A DNA stretch of 64,000 bases from Ophelia neglecta (Eukaryota), in NCBI GenBank assembly GCA_965285935.1, contig OZ260666.1, positions 48,732,001 to 48,796,000 on the forward strand. Direction: 5' to 3'. This document shows positions 14,251-26,399 of the stretch, piece by piece. Position 1 is the first letter of the stretch, and every line of letters starts with the position of its first letter. The position numbers and the translations under genes are program-made. Under the pieces are notes generated by a model. It was not told the DNA's origin. It saw nothing but the letters and a program-made list of their open reading frames with translations, and searched no databases.

Positions 14251-14869
14251 ATTTCACCCTACGAGTGACATGTCTGTACTCGAAGTGACCTACGTGTATC
14301 TGTACAACACAGGAAGTTGAATAGTAGTATTTCATTCACTTTAAATGTTAAAAAGGTTCTCTTCGAAAAAACGCGGGAGTGAAAACCAGGCAGACAAAGT
14401 TAATTCATTAATCAAGAATGGTTCATTAAATCAGTTTGAAATCATCAAGAACCGGCAGCCACCAGACTATATATAATATGAAAGGCAAAGCCTCAAACCG
14501 AGCGCAGAAGTGCCTGCCTCACTGACCTCCGTTTGGTATCGTGCGGTTGGGAAAACGCCACAGACAAGTGCGGTGTAATAGGCCTCGCAGTCAACGGAAC
14601 CAGTATGGAACCTGGGTAATCTCTCTTCGAATATTGCCAGGGATAGGTATGGGTACCCTTTCATTATATGGGTAAATGCTTTATTTACACATATGTTACT
14701 GTAAGGCCTTCGCTGCGCGCGGTATAACACCCCAGCTCCCAACTCGTAATTCAGACACAAAATGGAGACATCAAGTTGATATCACATACAGTCAGACGTA
14801 ATCAACAGTTTTACATGATGCCAGTCTGAGCGCAAAAGGAACGATCGAGTCAGTGATCAACGTAGGACA

Positions 14870-16050
14870 GATATGAAATATGCCCCCTGACAGTCTATGG
14901 GGATCTAAATTCCCTCATAATTCTAGAGACTTAAGATGAAATTGTCCCAATAAACAAAAAATAAACCAAGTGAGTAAAAGGTCCCTGTATATTAAAAGGT
15001 AATAAATCTCCTCCATAAAACTGTAGTGTAGAATGCACATTTGAAACAAAAATCAAATAATGTTCAAAGTAATGTCAAACGAACTTCAAATTTGAATTAA
15101 GCCAGTATTAAGCAAGTATTTCTGATAGTGCAAATGGGTAGGATATATATTATTTTTCATTGTTTTATTGATTTGTGTAATAATTGCAACGGAAAATATT
15201 ACTGTATCAATGGGTTTACCACGATTGACATTAGTGTAGCATTGTAAACCAACAGTCAAACTGACGCTAAAGATGTTAAATTTGGCTCACATGGGCTATT
15301 CAAGTTAATATAGCTTTAACCCACTTGCCAAGCTGAAAAATGCGTACATAAATTTAAGATAAAAGCATTTATCAATCAGTCCCTAAATCATCCAAAACCA
15401 TCAGATGCAGGCCATTAAACTTGTGGCAGTTCCCTAACGTTTAATAGGCTAAGCCTGAATTTTTTACAAAAAAAGATGGAGGGAAGACGGGGAGGGGGGG
15501 GGGTTAAGGGTGGCTCAGTCTTCGGTCTGCGCAAAATAGTGTCAGGTATTACTTTTAACGCCACGGGAGAAACGTAAACTCGTGTCATCACTAGAGGAGG
15601 ATAAGGAAACTTGCTGAAATGGGAGGGGTTTGGTTGTTTCTCGGCCAAGGGACATGTTGACCAGGAAAGCATCGAGATGGGTTTTTCCTTTTTCTTTTCT
15701 AATCTTGCCAAACGAGGAGAGCACTTACTATTATTGACAAAACCTACTCATGAAATCAAGAACTGATTATAGTTGAGTAAATTTGAAACTCGCTGTCAAT
15801 GTTTTATTGGTTTACTCCCTATCCGACAACTTTAGGGGGAAAGAAAAATAATATTATGTTAAATTTGTTCACAAAACATTACTAGCGTGTAATCAACGAG
15901 AATGTACGCATGATAGATGTTTCGAGTCTTTATCCCTCTCCCCTCCAGCTGAAAACTGGAACATACCCATGCCAGGCTTTAGACGGACACGAGGTTTTCT
16001 AAGCATTATAACCCTAATTCGCCCATTGGAATCCATTTTAGAGCAGTTTC
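14870..16050 (+). pseudogene. Decayed LRR gene relic
   Basis: VYGDLNSLIILE (14893), ILKGNK (about 14989), ELSQY*ASISDSA (about 15094), TLKMLNLAH (15264), LAKLKNAYINLR (15324). Confidence 0.5.
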
Positions 16051-16829
16051 AGACATGTGCTACCGTCTGGGACCATGGCGATAGGAGAAGAATTTTCAAT
16101 TTTATCCAACAAAAAAATCCGCAATACCTAGCACAACGTTTGATTTGCAACCCGTTATTAGACAGTTTTATGCCGCAAGAGCAACTCGGCCAATTTCATT
16201 TAGCCGCACTAGCTCTTAAAAACGCGAAGAATTGTGTGTTCTAATTTGAATGTTTCAAAAATAATAAGCATAGGTGACAGGACTGAAAATGAAGCACGTT
16301 AAGAGGATCGGGTTTATCTTTGTGCCTTTCCACGCTAATGATAAGAAATTAAAATCGAGGTCAAAAAACTAACCTATAGGTTAGTAGGTAGCAAGAAATT
16401 TTGCTCTCAAACATGTTGGTCCCGAACGTTTTGGTCCGAACATTTTCGTCACGGACCTTTTGATAGGCCTGTTATATGTATATGGGATGTAGATGCAAGC
16501 CCCTAAGAGGACTTATGTAAAAATATATTGAAAATATTCTGATTTCTCACATTCTTGTTTCAAAGTCACTCGTTTTATTAGATACACACATAATCATATG
16601 TTCAAACCTAAGTATCACTCAATGGTACGAATAATTTGTCAGCTATCTTTGGCTTTTATTATTTTAATTCGAAAAGCAAAGCCTTTCGACCAGACCGCAG
16701 TCGTCTTGGAATTGTGGCAACTAAAGCGCCGAATAAGGGATTAAACCAGTTGTGTATTGACTTAAGGCTTTCATTTTGTAACATGTAACATGTTGATTAA
16801 TTATTGGCTCGTTTCCCTACAATACAAGT

Positions 16830-17400
16830 ACTTATTGCGAGTGCCAATGTCGACTTATTTAGTGTGAATGTCGATCATACTCCGACGGCTCATTGGACAA
16901 GCATACTTAGGGTAAGTGGAGGATAAAATGACATCAAATAACTGTCTTGTCAGCATATGATTGTTGCTCCAGATGTACGCAACGTAATTCAAATAGGCAT
17001 ATAGAGTATATCGGAGTGAGCCTATAAGGTATCGAACACCTGATTTCCTTGGAGAAAATTCAATAGGTTTTTTGCGCTATAGCCCTAATTTTAACTCGCC
17101 CATAGAGGTAGATGTAGACTTACGAATTTGGGCTCGCAGTGCAGTAATGCATTTCGATCGTGGAGCGTGCGAGATAGGTGTCTTAATGCTGTACCAATGT
17201 CAACATGATATATCACTTTTCAAGGACTATCAACATGGCTACAAGTGCGGTGGCTCTAAAAAGAAGAAATGAAAGAAAGTGCGCAATTCTCTCTCAAATA
17301 ACCTCGAGCCGCGCCCGGGACTCATCTGAAGACCCTAAACGTCTCATAAGACCCTGTATCAGTTTCAACAAGTTTGTCGTTTCTTGAGTCCGTGCTCCTA
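16830..17400 (+). pseudogene. Decayed LRR gene relic C (paralogous to A and B)
   Basis: tgcgagtgccaatgtc...atgtcgatcatactccga...agcatacttagggt..catcaaata matches 1459-1570. YCECQC, LGENSIGFL (about 17048), LKTLNVS (17326). Confidence 0.5.
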
Positions 17401-18553
17401 TAATTTGTTTTGCAAGACTTCCAAGAATAACCAAATCTAGTGATCTCTTTTGTCCAGTTCGTCCAGCTTGTCAGAGCTCTGATTAGTTCATTTTACATTA
17501 AGCAATAGAATCTGGAGAAAAAGATATACATGCAAAAAGAAATTAGCCAGAATGTATTGGCAATGAACTGAGTAGGTACAACAGCTCATTAATGTTGTCC
17601 TTCACTTTGTGTGAGATGATTAATTAAAGAGTTGGTATATGTTGCATATATATATCAAATACATTCGCCAAGTAATCTATAAGCTCTAATGTTCCATAGG
17701 CAAGTTCAAATAGAAATTAGTGAAAACGAGAGCAGAACACATAAGTTGTTAGTGCCTGTGATGTATTACCATTCACTGTTGAGTGGTATTGCACTGGATT
17801 TCAATATTCGATAAAAACGACTTTTGCCCAGAAGTTTTATGCTATAGTACAGACACGATGTGGCATAATGAGTTTTATTTGCGTGGAGTAACTGTATTTG
17901 TTTTGTGTGTGTAATCTAGTATTGCCAAAACGAAAACAGTCCATAAAATGGGGCTCAATTTACCAGGAACCATTAAATACAGGCCCACGTAACATCCATA
18001 CAAATTAGTTTGGGACCCACTATGAATGGAATAAAATAAAAATATATAATGACAATCCGTGTCATGGGATGGTGTTATCAGTGTTCCATAATGTAAGCCA
18101 AACCATAAAACGAACGAGTAATTTGTCATCGTAAGGCGCCGACGGCTTAGTCCCTATAATGGGAGACTACAAACGAAATGGTCCTCAAAGACATAGTATA
18201 GTTAAGGAATGATGTAAAATACCCTCGCACTCTGACAAGGAAAAAGTTATTTTTATTCCAAACAGCGCGACAACAGGATGAAAGCAAGGCAAGAACAACC
18301 AGTACGTCACACTTTGATTGTAATGCCTTAAGAAAAGGTGGGTGGATACCCGAAAAACAAGGCCAAATCATTGGTCATGAATATTCCAATAAATAGGTCC
18401 GAAATAACCAAGAATCAGCAGCCACAGCCCCACACACATCAACAAGTCAATATCCAGGTCCGAAACAGTAAACAAGCATGTAACAAAATAAATTATTTCA
18501 AACGCGTTCAACTGAAACATACAATGATGGTAATATTTATATAAATGACACAG

Positions 18554-18590
18554 ATACTCGCCTTACCATGGGCTAGGCCAGTATGCTAGT
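18554..18590 (+). mobile_element. Possible Helitron-type 3' terminus (hairpin followed by CTAG|T)
   Basis: atactcgcct (18554-63) pairs with aggccagtat (18575-84) with one mismatch, then gCTAGt. The 5' end was not identified. Confidence 0.35.
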
Positions 18591-19379
18591 CTGTAATGAT
18601 TAACTGAGGTGTGAAATGGAACCATTTTGGACTATTATATTTGTCTTTTGAGGTATTTTCTTAACTAAATGCGTGCATATTCCAGGTAAATGACCAATCT
18701 CCCACAAGTAGTATATAATGACTTTATAAATTTCCCCCTATACATAAAACAAATGTAACGATTTAACGATGTGCGCGAGTTTGAGTGTAGGGTAGTGTGC
18801 TTAAAATTTGCATACAAGTGCGTAAATTTATTTAAAATGGCAGTTATAATTATAAGTAGTATTGTTTCTTTCATTTAAATTAAATGAGAAAATAAACAAA
18901 TTTTGATTTTCGAGTGTTAAATTATTGACAATAGCGACATGGGTGACAAAAAGCCAACAAGCTTTGATGTATTTAAATATTTATGTAGACCTACCCGTAT
19001 TTCAAATATCCTTGTATTTTAAGCATTCAAATCAACTTGTTTTCACATAATATCCACAGAACATCTAAATGCATGCATGCTTCAACTAACTACATATAGC
19101 TGACTAATTAGTGTAATTCTATTTAAGTTAATTTATAAACTTTCAATTATTGCAGTTATAGCATTGGTAAGTATTGGGTCAGTTATTTTAGTTATATAAT
19201 AACAATTGAATGTTTGCACGTGGTTGTTTTTATCTTCATGTCAAACTCTTCTGGACTAGGTAAACACCTGACACTGTGGATGCAATGTTATTGTGACATG
19301 TTTTGTCTTATTGGCATTATATGACCAAATAAGGTAATATATCTATCCATTCAGCTACTGGTGAAACTGCTAAAAAAGA

Positions 19380-21540
19380 GAGGAAAGAGATTGGATTCGC
19401 CATAATCCAAGTACATTTCCATTGAATAATGCTACATACAACACCGCCACCCACCACAGACTCACAAAACAGCATTTCCAATATCACAACTGAAAGTAAT
19501 TTCGGTACACAAAGACACACATAAAGCAGCCAATGTCTATGGATGTTGATTATTAAGATTAATTCTAACATGCGTGGTTTAAGATTTCATCCGTTTCCAC
19601 CTCAACAAGCCTAAGACGAGTGTCTACTTCACCATGTGAAGTAGACACCATGATCGAATATGGCGTGTAATCAATACCAGACTACATCGCCTTGAGAGCT
19701 CTCTCCGCAATACTATGTTATTACAATAACAAACCAAAATAGATTTATAACACTCATAGATAGATAAAGAGAAAATACCAGCAAGAGACATTTCCAGTGT
19801 TTACAGCCGAACTTTTATATTTTCATTTATTTTGATTATATATGCTAATAAGGTGCCTTGTGCCTAACTTATGAAATATTCTTCCACGCAACTCTTTTTT
19901 AGTCAGTTTCTCAACAGTCCGGTGATTACCAGCAAGTAAACTTTTAATTGCTAATTGTTGAATTTAACGCTTATAGCTTACACTGTGTATTAGTTTTACT
20001 TTGAATTTCAATACGTTGCTACTTCCCACTTAAGAAAGTAGCCCTATGAGAGCAAAGTATGAATGAAAAGTGTCATATCGCAGGAGAATAACATAATAAC
20101 AAGATTTGGTTCCACACTCAATGCTACAGACGAGGGAAAGGGGGGATGGAGATAATGAAATAAAGTTCAGATATACGACAGTATGTGGGGATGTTATGCT
20201 AGGGTCAGGGGACTCCCTTTAATAATCGACTTGGGTATTAAAATAATGCTGAAATCCCACTTAGAAATAATTTAATGTGACGCATGAGAAAGAGCTTCAA
20301 CCGAAAACAACGTTGTCCATCAGAACAAACTAGCATTTATTGTATGTAGCAGTTGCATAATTACGTTGGTATTGCTCTGCACGCTTATGTGTATATGTAC
20401 ATAACCAGGTGATAATGATTAAATAATGATGATATGATTGTATAGAATCACTCATGTTCAAGTTTTATAGGCCATATACATATTACGACATCATACACCG
20501 TCGGTGCCAGCAGAAATATTTTTATAGCATTGCTCTTTAGAAGGATGATACAAATAAATGCACATTCGTCCTTCTTGTTCAAATGAAATCTATGAACAGT
20601 TATTACTATAGATAATATTTCAGTGTAATTACAAATTACGAGGTAAATGATGCCATATTATCTTCTTCTGTACAAGGCCATATTGTCAGAATGGAATAAA
20701 CCTGTCACTCTTTAATTCTAGATGAACTGTACTGGCAACATTCAAATAAAGTTTAGTTGGCAGACACTGGGCTCTGGTTATACATCAATCGTCATTAGGC
20801 CTAATATTTGATTTTGATGCTTAAATCTTGATGTTATTTCTTTAACATTTACACCCATTTCCCGCTTCTCTGTCTGCGAACGTAAGTGATTTCCAACCCT
20901 TATTTTATTTCATGAACAAAAAATGTAGTTTATCCAAGGGTTAATTGGGTAGGTAAACGAATCCCTTTGACATCGAGCCCAACTGAGAGCAGTCCTTGCC
21001 AACAACCGGGCGTTAACATGTAACTGGATTGCGGAAATTCAAAATCAACAAAGAAAAGCACTACACACGAGCAAACACCATCTGCAGCTCTTACAAATGG
21101 CTATTGGTGGCACACGGTTCACTGTTTAAACTTTGCCAAGAAGCCAACAGTAATTGATTGCACAAATATGAACAATCTTAGAACGTTTTTTCTTCAGAGC
21201 TTCAATCACATACGGCTTTGAAAGATTTTATACCGAGGTACATACTATATTGCAAGAAGGAAATTACGCAACATGCCAAATTGGTTATCATCAGTAAGAA
21301 ACCTCGTCAGCAAGGTTTGCGCTAGTGCTGGAAGAACATTTTAGGTTTAACAAAAGGATTAGGGATGGGTTGACACATAGGTTTAAGGATTATGTCCAAA
21401 TCTCTGAATTTACCTCCGCGCCTCCCCTTTATTCAAAAGCCGATTTAAAAGTACTGATTATGTAACGCATAGTTTTAACTCGACATTACTAGACAATGAT
21501 AATCAACCGATATAATCCTTATTGCTTTGTATTTAACAAA
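19380..21540 (+). pseudogene. Decayed LRR gene relic(s)
   Basis: SQNSISNITTE (about 19461), LHRLESSLRN (19682), ILPRNSF (about 19878), TNMNNLRTFFLQSFNHIRL (21162), DLKVLIM (about 21442), RYNPYC (about 21508). Confidence 0.55.
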
Positions 21541-22049
21541 AGCGACATTATTTTCTTGACCAAGAAATTCTATATTTTTTCCAAGAAACATTATCAATCA
21601 TCCGTGCATAATCAGAAGCGGCGCTTCCGCAAATAAAGTACGATTTATTCTTGGATAAAAGTGTCGAATGACATTATAAAATCAATACACAGTATCTCTG
21701 TTAATTTACACCGTATTGTTCGTTGGTGTTGGAATTCAAACAGAAACAACCGGAAAAAGTTCTTATTTACAATATAAGGAAAGCGTGCGAGGTCGAAAAT
21801 GCATGAAACTTATAAAATGATAGTTTAAAACCATTTGCATAGCACGACGAATAAACTGTTCTTATGTTATTACCAAACTGTTATAAAAATGTTGCTAAAA
21901 ATAATTTGGTAACATGGATCTATAGGAGATGTTTCAAGAGTTGTATACATTAAATTTGCAAGGGTTCCTTCTTTACTAGACAATCATGAAGTTGAAAAAT
22001 ACAACATTTGATTGGTGTCGGTTTGCCAGCAGCTCAACTTTACTAGACA

Positions 22050-23240
22050 GACAGCCCTTAGCTAGTTTTACACTAAAGGACCGACAAAAATGCCGAGAAG
22101 CCGTTAGAAGTAATGCACCAGTTTGCCATCTATGCAAGGAAAACAGGTTTGCAGACAGACAGTTTTCTGGTGACTGGTAGTTATTATCTGACGTATACCA
22201 GACCGAGAGTCAGGCAGCGAGACAGATCATCGGTGACTGGCACAAAACAACCTTTCGCCTTTAGTTGCAAATAAAACAGATCCATAACCGGAATATGGTA
22301 TTATTATTTGATCCATGTTTATTGCGATACCATGGCATAGGAATGTAGATTATTAAATATAATAATTATAGCTTATAGTTTGAATATCACTCCTCAGAGG
22401 GCATGAAATGGCCATGTTTTGCATCAACCGCCTTCTGAGTTATTCTCAACAATTTCATAGAATGGAAATTTTAATGACCCAGTTATGACCTAGTGGTGAC
22501 TAAAAACTGTTGAAATCGTGAGCCAGTCGTAGATAAGCGTGCGACTGGTTGGAGAGCTCGTAGGTATCCGCCAGAGCGATATCAACCGCCGAAAGGCCTT
22601 GCTCATATAGAAAACTTCCGACCTGCGATTCCAAATCGCGCCCACACGTTTTACATGGTTGTGCCACTATTCGCACATGGTCGCACCAGTCGAGGTATGA
22701 TCACGGCTGAAAAAGTGCGCCGATTGGTCGTGGAACTGGACGTGAACTTCACGATCGTTAGTGCGACATGTCATGAACGGTCGCAAGACCTCGAGATTGG
22801 TTGTACCACCACTTTATAGCTATCAAAAACGTATATTTAGAGCATCCAAAGTGAAAATCTCCATGGCGTATGCACCAGAGCCGTCGAAAAACTTGATTTT
22901 ATGTTGGTCAGGAAAAGATGAAGCAGCAATAAAAGTGGCCGCAGCCGTACGACTCCAGCGGAGAAAACAACGAGAGAAGAAGGCGACATTACTGGGTGCG
23001 TCCCTGGATTCAGAGGCCATACTTCATGAGCCGCTATGCCAAATGCTGGAATGCAGAGGGAGTCTCTTTCAGTCGCTGGCCTCCACGATTAAAAGTACGA
23101 TCGTTCTCAGTTCGCCACTATTGATGGTACGAATGGTCTGGTCTTGCAGTTCACCGGGAATCTGTCTATCACCAACAGTAGCGACAGCACAGGGCCGGAT
23201 ACCAGGGTCCACGACAACACACGACAAACGAAGGATGTAA
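22050..23240 (+). mobile_element. PIF/Harbinger-like DNA transposon fragment (left end and transposase N-terminus)
   Basis: AAAVRLQRRKQRE, then after a frameshift RRRHYWVRPWIQR (22978-23016), the WVRPW motif typical of Harbinger transposase N-termini. GC-richer upstream region with TGCGAC/GTCGCA repeats; candidate TIR agctagttttacacta near 22060. Confidence 0.65.
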
Positions 23241-23729
23241 CATGTCCTTGCACATTAAAATGAAAGAGCATATTAAATCTCTTCGATAGTGCAGTAAAAA
23301 TAGTTGTAAACTATTTAAAGTGAACCAGTCAGGCATATATTGTGACTAAACATGTGTATCTGCAGCATACGATATTATATCAGTATGAAGCAGATGCACA
23401 TGACCCCTAGCCCTAGGATAAGAAGAATTGATCACAGACTCGCGAATGACTAGCGAGCAATACCTTTCCCTATTTAAGTCTGTAGAGCTATCTTACAGCA
23501 TATATCACTATGTGGTCATTTAAACCAGTGTTCAGCACATTGCACTGGTCTAAGATGCTTGGTTTATTGGTCATAGTTTAGACACTGAGAGTGCAGAATA
23601 GTTATGAGTTCCCTAGTAGGTATTTACTTTATGTTTTAGTACAGGTACCATATTAGCTACCACCAGTTTGTTAGAAAATCTTCCAGGATAATCATCTCAT
23701 GCCCCAATTCCTTCGCAAGAGCAAAACAC

Positions 23730-24040
23730 CGAGTTACTAAACATCCTGCCTCGGGTATTTCTAGGTCATAGCTTCTTGTTGACATCAATAATGTATGACA
23801 CATAGATAATCATGGCTCGCAATATGTGGCCCGGCTTTGTGTACCATCATGGATGCCCGCCTCTTCAATTTATGAAAGGCCTATGCTATATATACCCCCA
23901 CAATACTGAAAGCATCGTCACTTATTGAGCACTTGAGGTGGGCCCCGGTCAATGCGAGTACATCGACTGGCCTGTTATCCATTGACATTCTTATCTCACC
24001 AATTTATTCCGGAGATCATTTATATTGAGTTAGACTTTCC
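23730..24040 (-). mobile_element. LINE (CR1/L2-type) APE endonuclease fragment
   Basis: The minus strand reads LNINDLRNKL/EIRMSMDNRPVDVLALTGAHLKCSISDDAFSIVG ... MIIYV ... RSYDLE, collinear with the APE N-terminal consensus. Confidence 0.7.
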
Positions 24041-24460
24041 AAAATTCTTCTTCAGTTGAATCAGAGAACAGGCCACTGGTAATGTTTTTTCCTATTACAC
24101 CTCAGGCTGAATTTCTGTTATGCCTGTCATTGTCCGGAACATAGTCATGCTCGGAATCCTTCTTATGTAACAAATATGGAAGAGAACCAAGTGCGCACTT
24201 TCCACAGATCTGAACCAGTTTTCTGCTGTTTCAATGCCTGTGTCATTGCATGTAAATACATTTGCATTAAAACATTAAAATTTGAATTTATCATGGTGAT
24301 GCCTATGTCACCTCAGGCATCATGTTCTCCTCCAACGTATGGGGTCCCTGGTTGGGATCCCAGACCTAGTCCTTATTGGTTCCTCACTTATCCATGAATG
24401 CGCACTAAGTTTCCGAGTTAAGGGCAATTGCTGCCCCTAGCCCAATTCATGCTACTGTGA

Positions 24461-24595
24461 AGTGTACCACATGGTTGTGTCATACGACCACTACTTGTAA
24501 TTATGTTCATCCTTCCTTTAGGACTGATCATCGGGCTTTATGGTTTACGTCACTACATAAACGGCGATGACACTCAGATATATTTGTCTGTGAAG
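24461..24595 (+). mobile_element. L2/CR1 LINE reverse transcriptase core fragment
   Basis: SVPHGCVIRPLLVIMFILPLGLIIGLYGLRHYINGDDTQIYLS, a degenerate GVPQGSVLGPLLF...YADDTQIY. Confidence 0.8.
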
Positions 24596-25104
24596 GCTAT
24601 ATTTCCAAAACAGGGAAGAGTGTCTCTATAAGGTAAAAAAGAAGGCAGCTCACTCGAGGCCAGTTGTCAGATCTGCCACACATCATTTTCGGAAGTACGA
24701 AATATTCAGTACATTCAAAATAGCTTCTCGTGAAAGAACGAATAGACTTTACGTAAGCAGTCGCCATTTACGTAAGAGGAGTAAGCCCTTCTGACAATCT
24801 CCGATAATACATCTGATAGATCCTACGATCCAGAAACTGAAACTGCTTTCCTGCTGTTTACTACAGCATAACACACAGTTATTTTTGGCGGCCTTTATCT
24901 GCTTATGGTGCCTATTGTTATTTGTCATCTTTGTAACTGCTGATGTGTTTTTCTAAATTTAAGCAGGTTCTCGTCAATCGTACATAGGTGGTTAGAAATT
25001 ATGTCTTGAAATCAGGCACTGTTTTTATTTGTAATTAAAATGTAAGGGTATTAAAGGTTAATGTATGACGCCTTCGAATTCAGCGTGTTTATGATATACT
25101 TTGG

Positions 25105-25950
25105 ACAATGCAACAGGAATAACAATAGGAATATAAACATTGAACAGATTGCACCTATCCAATAAACCCAATAATTTCTGATCTCCCGCCTAAGATGTGT
25201 TCAGAAGCATGTCATTTGAAGGTAATATTTTGTGCAGAAATCAAATCCAAGCAATTGACGTCAATACTTACAGTTGGCCTTAAAGTCGAAAAAAAAAGAT
25301 TTGGACAGAAATCAATTGTCCGAACTGAACGGAGACATGTTCCATGACACAAGTCGTACATCAATGAATATCAAATTGATCAATTTGGATAGCCTCTATG
25401 GAGGAAAGTTTACCGCTCTGAGCTAGTTCAAAGTACTAGATAAGAATGCCAACAGATTAGCATTTGTGTGAAGTTTTCGATTGCTTTAGGACTTTTTATG
25501 GTTTCCGATTGAATGATAAGGCGATTGGGTATAGATTGAATCAAGCCTTTGGGGATCTGCGAAGGTTGACAGTATCACATCCATTGAATAAATTCATAAA
25601 TATGTATTGTCGAACCAATCGAAGGGCTAGACGCTTTCCACAGCATACTTATTCCCTGTAGTTTCTCGAACTTCTTCCAATGGAGTATATTTCGACATGC
25701 ATCCAAACTATTACACCTTTAGCTGGACAACAAAAGGCTCCTAACCTAGACCGAGTGCTTATTTTCCACCAGAGCTCAGTTAATACATAACAGTACTGGA
25801 TCTGTGAAATGCTGAAAGTGGACCAACAAGCTTAACGAGTATCGTTCTAGTGGCCAGGGTATCGCGGAGGAGGAGATGCTCCGACTAACATTGATCATCA
25901 ACGACCAAAACTACTACTTGTTCATTGAACTATGTCCTAAAACTGATTGT
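25105..25950 (+). pseudogene. Pseudogene paralog of the LRR gene at 2..1180
   Basis: Collinear nucleotide and peptide similarity: tgatctcccgcctaa vs tgatctcccccctaa; aaatcaaatcc; DLDRNQLSELNGDMFHD vs DLERNQITKLDQKMFRD; KVLDKNANRLAFV* vs KVLNLDANGLEFIW; LNDKAIGYRLNQAFGDLRRLTV vs LQDNAIDLISDQVLGHLRNLSV; aaactactacttgttcattgaactatgt..gattgt vs aaactactacctgctcagcgaaccatgt..gattgt. Multiple stops and frameshifts. Confidence 0.88.
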
Positions 25951-26399
25951 CTAATTCACTTTCCTGCTTCATATATGAAGAAGACCGTTTAGATGGGTAA
26001 AGAACAACGTTCTGTTGTCGCCAACTACAGTTATTTGTGAGGGCACCACGAAAGCTCAACTTAGAAGCTCCCCTCGTTCTCCTAGAACAGATTATGATGC
26101 CTTCAAAGCATAGGCTGTATAAACAATGGCTAGGACATTTCAAGATTTCGAGGTGAGCTTTCTTGGTGTGGGGACTGTCCCCAAACTCCTTGATTTTTAT
26201 AATAGAACAGACCCATGAGTCAGAGACCAGCAAGCATGGCTATACACCAATTAAATAGTAATTGACGCGCCAGTTCAGTTGAAAAATAGCTGGAAATTGC
26301 TCCTGTCAGCCAAAGGAGGTAGTTGGGAAAGTAGAACATAACCAAGGGTCTGGGGCTCCAAAAGATTTAGGGTTTATTCAACGGGGATTTATTAATTCC

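Noticed and set aside
14467-14760. Possible minus-strand LRR relic (EERLPRFHTG resembling DDRLPRFIPG at 14005)
   Set aside because: Similarity limited to about 10 codons; not supported.
22761-23240. 159-aa ORF as a host gene
   Set aside because: Starts at GTG; the informative motif (YWVRPWIQR) is in another frame, indicating a frameshifted transposase remnant.
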